From positions 1 to 14,480 of the forward strand of contig JAKFCT010000074.1 of assembly GCA_036676495.1 (NCBI GenBank): a stretch of 14,480 bases of DNA, read 5' to 3'. Position 1 is the stretch's first letter; each line of letters starts with the position of its first letter. Below, piece after piece: positions 14,468 through 14,480 of the stretch. The position numbers were made by a program, and so were the translations under genes. This DNA comes from Candidatus Sericytochromatia bacterium. Lineage in GTDB: Bacteria; Cyanobacteriota; Sericytochromatia; S15B-MN24; UBA4093. The notes beneath the pieces were generated by a model. That model was not told where the DNA came from. It was given only the letters and a program-made list of their open reading frames with translations, and ran no database searches.

Positions 14468-14480
14468 GAACCTTCCTTTT

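Overview
High-GC bacterial chromosomal window, densely coding. No rRNA, tRNA, mobile element or CRISPR array is recognisable. Left to right: 3' end of a GTP-type PEP carboxykinase with a terminator; a permuted NlpC/P60 (YiiX/YebB-like) cysteine hydrolase; a YbdR-like Zn-dependent dehydrogenase (-); a hypothetical protein with possible tandem TULIP-like domains; a minus-strand run of (in transcription order) an uncharacterised leader ORF, a CPA2/Kef-type cation:proton antiporter with RCK_N and RCK_C domains, and the TIGR02587/TIGR02588 membrane pair; a Pro-rich membrane-anchored hypothetical protein (-); a DUF2490 beta-barrel; an orphan GAF histidine kinase; a tyrosine-decarboxylase-like PLP enzyme (-); and two tandem CxxC-x17-CxxC zinc-ribbon genes (-). 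The strongest novel candidate is the leader ORF at about 7977..8426 (-). Read past the ORF-track start to a CTG, it gains an N-terminal signal/membrane segment. It ends in ...PPPTPFHLRAPPARA*, a RAPP-type ribosome-arrest motif, and the RAPP codons can base-pair with the antiporter Shine-Dalgarno. This suggests an export-coupled translational switch controlling a K+/H+-type antiporter operon rather than the sec or copper genes where RAPP peptides are known. All family assignments come from motif recognition by eye; no searches were run.
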